A DNA stretch of 64,000 nucleotides from Candidatus Brocadiia bacterium (GTDB lineage: Bacteria > Planctomycetota > Brocadiia > SM23-32). A program made the translations under genes and the position numbers. The stretch covers positions 32,001 to 96,000 of the forward strand of contig JBKHIT010000007.1 in NCBI GenBank assembly GCA_046538485.1. The letters run 5' to 3'. The notes under the pieces were generated by a model. It worked only from the letters and a program-made list of their open reading frames with translations, was not told the DNA's origin and ran no database searches. Every line of letters starts with the position of its first letter. Positions within the stretch are counted from its first letter, which is position 1. Positions 58,379-64,000 of this stretch are shown here, piece after piece.

Positions 58379-59249
58379 TTTGTCAGAAGCGCTGGCAACG
58401 CAAGATTTTGTCGTAACCGGAGAAATCGGCCCCCCGAAGGGCGTAAACGTCGAAGAATGTCTCGAAGATGCCGAACATCTCCGAGGCAAAGTGGCCGCTA
58501 TCAATGTCACCGATATCCAGAGCGCTGTGATGCGCGTGGGATCGATGGCGACCTGCAAACTCCTGATCGAGCGCGACCTTGAACCGATCCTGCAGATGGT
58601 CTGCCGGGACCGGAATCGTCTTGCGCTCCAGAGCGACCTGCTGAGCGCACACATCCTCGGCATTGAGAACGTCCTCTGCCTGACCGGCGACCACAATGTG
58701 CTCGGGGATCATCCCGATTCCAAACCGGTGTTCGATCTCGAAGCGGTCGGGTTGCTTGAGGCTGCCACGGGACTTATGGAGGGAGAGGATATCGCGGGCG
58801 AGGAACTCGACGGAGCCCCGGAACTGTTCCTCGGTGCCGTTGTCACCCCCGGAGCCGATCCGGTCGAACCCCAGATCATGCGGATGGAAAAAAAGATCGA
58901 GGCAGGGGCCAGGTTCTTCCAGACCCAGGCAATCTACGATACGGATCAGTTCGCCAATTTCATGAAACAGGTCGAAGGATTCGGGGTCCCCGTCCTCGGC
59001 GGGATTGTCCTGCTGAAATCGGCCGGAATGGCGCGCTTCATGAACGCGAACGTCGCCGGCGTCAACGTGCCCGATCACCTGATCGAGCACATGAACAAAG
59101 ATGATGGGAAAAGCAATAGCGAAAAAGCCGTGGATATCGCCGTTGAAACCATCAACGGACTCAAAGATATCTGTGATGGTGTCCACATCATGCCGCTCGG
59201 CTGGGACCACCTGGTGCCGGAGATCATCGAACGGTCCGGGCTGGGGTGA
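58371..59249 (+). CDS. metF: Methylene-THF reductase flavoprotein MetF
   Basis: EIGPPKG, NVTD, CRDRNRLALQ, LTGDH, KKIEAGARFFQTQ, GVHIM. Confidence 0.95.
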   Translation: MSNLSEALATQDFVVTGEIGPPKGVNVEECLEDAEHLRGKVAAINVTDIQSAVMRVGSMATCKLLIERDLEPILQMVCRDRNRLALQSDLLSAHILGIENVLCLTGDHNVLGDHPDSKPVFDLEAVGLLEAATGLMEGEDIAGEELDGAPELFLGAVVTPGADPVEPQIMRMEKKIEAGARFFQTQAIYDTDQFANFMKQVEGFGVPVLGGIVLLKSAGMARFMNANVAGVNVPDHLIEHMNKDDGKSNSEKAVDIAVETINGLKDICDGVHIMPLGWDHLVPEIIERSGLG

Positions 59250-59270
59250 TGACGGCGGCTGAAGGGATGA

Positions 59271-59310
59271 CACGGAATAACACGGACGAACACGGACTGG
59301 CACGGACACA
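59271..59310. repeat. Four tandem 10-mers with a CACGGA core
   Basis: CACGGAATAA CACGGACGAA CACGGACTGG CACGGACACA. Confidence 0.8.
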
Positions 59311-59340
59311 GGAACGCCGCTTTGAGGCTCATATCTTTTC

Positions 59341-59364
59341 CCGCGTTCTGAAGTCCAGTCCGCT
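59341..59364. repeat. Single REP-like module
   Basis: Reverse complement AGCGGACTGGACTTCAGAAC matches 20530-20549. Confidence 0.7.
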
Positions 59365-59392
59365 GGCTGCTGAACAGGCTCCCTGAAAGCCC

Positions 59393-62300
59393 TCAGCGTT
59401 CGCTGAGACGGGCGGCGGCGAAGGTGGCAAGGTCCCCGCGGGTGGCTTCCTGGAGGTCTTGCAGGATTTTTGCCGAAGTCTCGGCCGCAACGCTGCCCAG
59501 CAGGTTGTAAACCGTCTGAATCTCCCGAGTGAAACGCGCCCCTTTTAACGCGCTCACCGTTTCCGCTGGCATCTCTTCCAGTAATCTCTCGATATCATGG
59601 CGCGTGAGCTCCTGAAGGGACGCGAACCGTCTGGAAAGGTGTCGCCAGTTTCTCCGGACCGCCGCCGCCTTCGCTCCCTCCAGCTTGTTCTGGCCGATCA
59701 TGTAGGACCGGGTGCGGGCGCAGTAATCCTGGTACTGACGGACCATCGTCCACTCGCGCACAAACTGTTCGGCGTAAGTTTCCGAATCGTGACGGGAAAG
59801 ATAGGCCAGCCACGCCAGACGAGCAAAAATCTTCTCGGCGCCAAGACACGGCGAGGTCTCAAGCATGGCCGTGTCGGGTCCGAGACGCCGCGCATAAGCC
59901 GCGCGGGTCCGGGCTTCTTCCTTATTCCATTTCTTGACTTTCTCACGACCTTCCTCAACAAGATCGGCTTTGCGATACAGGGCGATGGCCAGGGAGAGGT
60001 CGCGACGCCGTTCGCGCGCGTCGGCTTTGGTTTCCAGGCGGAGTGACGGTGGATTCGACAGGATTTTTCGGAAAGATACATCCCCCGCAAGAGCCAGCAG
60101 GAGGTAGGCGTTTCCGTGGAGCCGACTCGACGCTGTGCTCAGAGCTTTCTGGGCGAGTTTGGCCGCGTTGCCGGGCCGTTCCCGCTGCAGAGACGAAACC
60201 ATACGCAGGCGGAGGCCGAGAGGCAGATTTGTGACGGTTGCCAGTTGTGTGGCGAGGGCACTGGCGATCTTCGGTCCTTTTGCTTCGAGAGCTTTGTTGA
60301 TCACCCCGATTCGTTTTTTGAGTTTTTCGGGTTCCAGTTCCGTCCCCGCCCCGGAATCCTTCTCGCCTGGCAATCCCAATCCAGCTTCTCCGGTTTCCTC
60401 ATCGAGCCCGCCGAGATCATCGAGTTCTGAATCGAGGGACGTGCTTCCCAGTTTTTCGAGCAGATACTCCGTGTCGGCTACTTTCTGCGGGGCCTCAACC
60501 TCTCCGACCCCGGGTGCCGTCCAGACCATGGCGCTTTTGAGGAGTTTCGGCCAGTCTTGCCAGTCGAAGAAAGCCGTTGTGCCGTCGCTGGATTTGCCCC
60601 GGTGGTCGACCAGCAGGCACGCGACCCGTCCTTTCCCGACTTCCCACCCGACCAGAACGGGTCGATTGCCGCTTTTCAGGAATACTTTGACATCCGGTCT
60701 TAGCACGACCTGATTCCGCACCCAGTAGACGGGACGCTGGCTGAAATCAAGATCCACTTTAAGTTCCGAGAAATCCGGACCCGGCTCGAATGGGCGCGGT
60801 TCTTCGGGATAGGTCGTGTCCGTCATGCCGGTGCAGCGGAACGGTAACAATTCTCGTTCGAGCACTGTGTGCATGTAGCCCCCTTTGCCGAAGGCGTATT
60901 CCCCGCCGGTGAAGAGGACACCGCCGCCCGATTTGACGTATTCCGCCAGTGCGTAGCTGTTTTTGACCCCGATCGCGCAGTGGGGGATCCCGGTGAACAG
61001 AGTCAGGTCGAAATCGTTGTAAGCGTGAGCTGGGACGTTATTTGCGAGTCTCATGCCGGGTCTCTGGCGGACTGTTCCATACACCCACGCGTTGTGGATG
61101 TTGAATCGATTCAGCCTGGCAAACGCGAGGGGCACCCGCAGGCGATAATCCATCGCACCCCGGCCGTAGAAAATGTCGAAACGGCCGTTACGCACCGGGG
61201 TTAAATCACCGAAATCAAGATCTTTGTCTTTCAGTTTTAGATCCGCCGGGATCGCGGCGCCGTGCCACCATTTTTTGGCAAGTTTTTCCGGGGACCTTCG
61301 CTGGCCGAGAAGGGTTTCCTTGCGTTCTTCGCCGGAAAGTTTCCTCATGGCGGCTCGTTTTTCCGCACGTTTCTTTGCCCATTCCGGGGCCAGACGCCGG
61401 AATTGTTTGTTGACCTCTTCCATGCTGGCATCGGGATCGAGGATGATCTGTTCTTTCCGCTTGGTGTCGTCGATATCCTCTCGCTTTTTGCCGAGAGTCG
61501 CGGGAGGTCCAAAACGCGATGCCAGGGCTCCGACGTCGCCTTGAACGACGAGGTCAATTACAGCCACTTTCCAGGTTCGGACCGCCGGGACATCAAACCG
61601 GCCGTCGGCAAGGGGCAGCGCATTAACATCGAGCGTACGGGGATGGATAAGGTTGACGCCCGTTGCCTCCACACCTTCGGGCAGACTCAGCTCGAAGGCG
61701 ACTGGATCGGTTCCCGGGGACATGTCGAATTCCGGCGGCGCGTCACTATCGCGTCCCGGCCGGGTTTCTTTTTGCGGGATGTTGAGCAGGTTGACGACGA
61801 GCTGTCGCCGACCGTTCTGAAGTGGTGTTTCGTAGACAAACGGTTTCCACCAGAGCCGCGTTTTATTTTGCGGTTTGAGCACTTTTTCGGGTGTGACGAG
61901 TCGCCGGAGATTTTCGTCGAAAGTATACTGGCTGTAGCGGGTGCAGTAGCGTCGGATTTCGCGGTTCATTGCTTCGTTGTAGGGACGGCAACCGGCGGCG
62001 GCCCAGAGTGCGCTTTCGATGATTCTGTCCCGTCGGGATTTGGCGTAACTAATTCCCAGGTAGTAGCCCCCGCGTTCCCGGCAGAGATCGCCGTCCGTCT
62101 GGAGATTCTTTGCAATCTGGGCGAACGTCCAGCCGCCCGATGCATTGCCGATAGATTCGTTCATCAACAGTCCGCCCCCCCGGCAGAGTTCGTCCAGCTC
62201 GAAGTCCTCAATGGCCCACTTGTGATCCTTGTTCTTCTCAATGAGCAGATAGTTGTAACCGTGGCGGAAGTCGGGGTATTTCTGCGCGACGATATCTTTA

Positions 62301-63928
62301 AAGTACCGCACCAGAGTTTGAGTTTGACATGCTGCGAACGGACGGTATTTCCCGCTCCGCCCGCACTGAGCCCAGCCCGCCCCCCGCGGATGCCCGTCCC
62401 AGCGGATGGCGTCCCACCCGAACATCTCAATAGAACGCACACATTCCTCGGCGGCGATTCGGACCATGTGGGGGGTGGCATCCGGGTTGATCGGCATGAA
62501 ACTTGACCACCAGTTCCGGAACGGGTTCCCCGGCACGCGCGGAAGTTTGCTGTAGATGCAGAAATCCCTGTCACGGCGCCGATCCAGATGCAGTACGTTG
62601 ACCCCGTTCCACATCCCGACAGGGTAGTGGTATTGGGAGCGGTGGTCTTCTGGATAATCGTAAGCCGTCTTCCAGCCTTTGGATCCGGACATGACGAACT
62701 TGCCGTAGGTCGAGACCGCGAATCCCTGTTCGTGGGCGAGGCGGATCTGGCGCTGAAGGGTCTTTTTGTGCATTCGATAATTGGTCTGTCCCGATGACCA
62801 GAACTCGGTGGCGGGACTCATCTCGACCATATCGTCTTCGGCCCAGGCGAAGTACTCCGTGGCATTGAAATACTGATCGCGCGCTTCCCTCAGCTCTTTG
62901 CGAATTGTCTCTTCGTCCAGGACAACATCACGGGTCGCCAGCCCGCCACCGAAGATTGCAACCCTCTGGAAGTTGGCCGCGATGTTAAAATATTCCGCCG
63001 CTTCCGAACGGTCTTTGCCGTCACTGGAGACGTATTCAGCCACCAGTGCGTAGCCGAGTTCTTTGTCGGGGAGCCTGATTTCAAAATCGACTGTCTGAGG
63101 TTGCTTGCTGAGCGTAACCGGGAGGCTTTTGGCCTTGCGACGTTCCCGGACATTGTGCTCGAGGTAAATGTTGAGCGTTCCGCTGCCTCCACGACCGCCA
63201 ACGTCCGAGACCACGGCCGAGCCTTTAAGTGTTGCGCCCGGCAGGTAGCGTATTCTGTCGATATCGACCTTGTCCACGCACCCGGTGCGCGATAGTCGCC
63301 TGTACTCCACTTTATCCACCAGATAGTAGACCGATTGTTTTGGGGTGAGGGTATGTTCAAGATCGAGGTCCATGTCCGGTTCGGCGTCAGCGGCTCCGCC
63401 GAGCATATCTTCGGTGGCGGCTTTGATGCCGGCTCCGCCTTTCTTGATGTCGGCTTTGGCTCTCGCATTTCCGACGGTCTCGGCGTCGGCGGTGGCGTGG
63501 ATGGCGAATGTGAGCGGCGCCGATCGGGAATGGATAAACTGGCACGTTCGTGTCTCCGGCCGATGGACGCGCGCGAAGTGACACCCTTCGTATTGTGCGA
63601 TCTCCTGTTTTTTCTGCATGATCCGGAGGTGGGAATGAAACGCAATGGCATTTCCCACGTGGGAAGGCTGGAGCGTCAGGCGTATTTCGTAGAGTCCCGC
63701 CGGCCGGGTTTCGGGCGTTTGGACGGACAGTGGACTGGTTTTCTTTTTCGGGAGGGCGACGGCTGCCGCGGCTTTTTGATCCAGTGCCGGCACGCGGGCA
63801 TCAACGATTCCTTCCCATTGGTCGGCCGGGATCGTCTGCCATTTGGGTTCCGCGCCTTTGACGTTGCGCGTCAGCCACAGCGTCAGGCCCAGGATGAGCA
63901 GCGAAATTATGGCATGATTTTTCTGCAC
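59393..63928 (-). CDS. Giant exported protein (1511 aa): putative glycoside-hydrolase-like barrel, class I glutamine-amidotransferase-like domain, helical C-terminus
   Basis: Signal peptide, IRLAHEQG...FGWDAIRWDG (GH-like barrel), LAEYVKSGGGVLFTGGEYAFG.GGY...GKGRV (GATase1-like). Confidence 0.7.
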   Translation of the reverse strand: MQKNHAIISLLILGLTLWLTRNVKGAEPKWQTIPADQWEGIVDARVPALDQKAAAAVALPKKKTSPLSVQTPETRPAGLYEIRLTLQPSHVGNAIAFHSHLRIMQKKQEIAQYEGCHFARVHRPETRTCQFIHSRSAPLTFAIHATADAETVGNARAKADIKKGGAGIKAATEDMLGGAADAEPDMDLDLEHTLTPKQSVYYLVDKVEYRRLSRTGCVDKVDIDRIRYLPGATLKGSAVVSDVGGRGGSGTLNIYLEHNVRERRKAKSLPVTLSKQPQTVDFEIRLPDKELGYALVAEYVSSDGKDRSEAAEYFNIAANFQRVAIFGGGLATRDVVLDEETIRKELREARDQYFNATEYFAWAEDDMVEMSPATEFWSSGQTNYRMHKKTLQRQIRLAHEQGFAVSTYGKFVMSGSKGWKTAYDYPEDHRSQYHYPVGMWNGVNVLHLDRRRDRDFCIYSKLPRVPGNPFRNWWSSFMPINPDATPHMVRIAAEECVRSIEMFGWDAIRWDGHPRGAGWAQCGRSGKYRPFAACQTQTLVRYFKDIVAQKYPDFRHGYNYLLIEKNKDHKWAIEDFELDELCRGGGLLMNESIGNASGGWTFAQIAKNLQTDGDLCRERGGYYLGISYAKSRRDRIIESALWAAAGCRPYNEAMNREIRRYCTRYSQYTFDENLRRLVTPEKVLKPQNKTRLWWKPFVYETPLQNGRRQLVVNLLNIPQKETRPGRDSDAPPEFDMSPGTDPVAFELSLPEGVEATGVNLIHPRTLDVNALPLADGRFDVPAVRTWKVAVIDLVVQGDVGALASRFGPPATLGKKREDIDDTKRKEQIILDPDASMEEVNKQFRRLAPEWAKKRAEKRAAMRKLSGEERKETLLGQRRSPEKLAKKWWHGAAIPADLKLKDKDLDFGDLTPVRNGRFDIFYGRGAMDYRLRVPLAFARLNRFNIHNAWVYGTVRQRPGMRLANNVPAHAYNDFDLTLFTGIPHCAIGVKNSYALAEYVKSGGGVLFTGGEYAFGKGGYMHTVLERELLPFRCTGMTDTTYPEEPRPFEPGPDFSELKVDLDFSQRPVYWVRNQVVLRPDVKVFLKSGNRPVLVGWEVGKGRVACLLVDHRGKSSDGTTAFFDWQDWPKLLKSAMVWTAPGVGEVEAPQKVADTEYLLEKLGSTSLDSELDDLGGLDEETGEAGLGLPGEKDSGAGTELEPEKLKKRIGVINKALEAKGPKIASALATQLATVTNLPLGLRLRMVSSLQRERPGNAAKLAQKALSTASSRLHGNAYLLLALAGDVSFRKILSNPPSLRLETKADARERRRDLSLAIALYRKADLVEEGREKVKKWNKEEARTRAAYARRLGPDTAMLETSPCLGAEKIFARLAWLAYLSRHDSETYAEQFVREWTMVRQYQDYCARTRSYMIGQNKLEGAKAAAVRRNWRHLSRRFASLQELTRHDIERLLEEMPAETVSALKGARFTREIQTVYNLLGSVAAETSAKILQDLQEATRGDLATFAAARLSER

Positions 63929-64000
63929 CGGTTAGTCTCCTCAGATTCTTCGGGTTCGGGGGTTTTCTTGCGCACCGGCAGATGTGATGATACCAGAAAA

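Noticed and set aside
63932..64000. 3' end of an upstream minus-strand gene
   Set aside because: Too short to fix the frame or product.

Overview
Bacterial chromosomal window, inferred to be from an anaerobic Planctomycetota/PVC organism (DUF1559-type prepilin-like gene, groEL-groES-groEL-dnaJ-grpE, mcsA-mcsB-clpC without ctsR). From left to right it holds: (1) the start of a Tad/Flp pilus locus whose CpaB-like protein is fused to a 7-repeat WD40 propeller and a helical tail; (2) small housekeeping genes; (3) two giant paralogous exported proteins flanking a DUF1559-like gene; (4) a partner-switching module; (5) a chaperone operon with a consensus sigma-54 promoter and candidate enhancer palindromes; (6) ribF, gap, pgk, rpe, accD, queD, mcsAB, clpC; (7) nikR, a B12 radical SAM gene and tRNA-Met; (8) a tightly coupled operon joining a signal-less group-1a-like [NiFe]-hydrogenase and its protease to metV-metF, behind a structured leader; (9) a third giant exported protein. 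Item 8 is the best candidate for an under-described system, a putative H2-dependent methylene-THF reductase module. Two families of dispersed palindromic repeats occupy the intergenic gaps. I saw no CRISPR array, rRNA, integrase or transposase. All family calls come from motif recognition by eye, not database searches, so novelty is untested.
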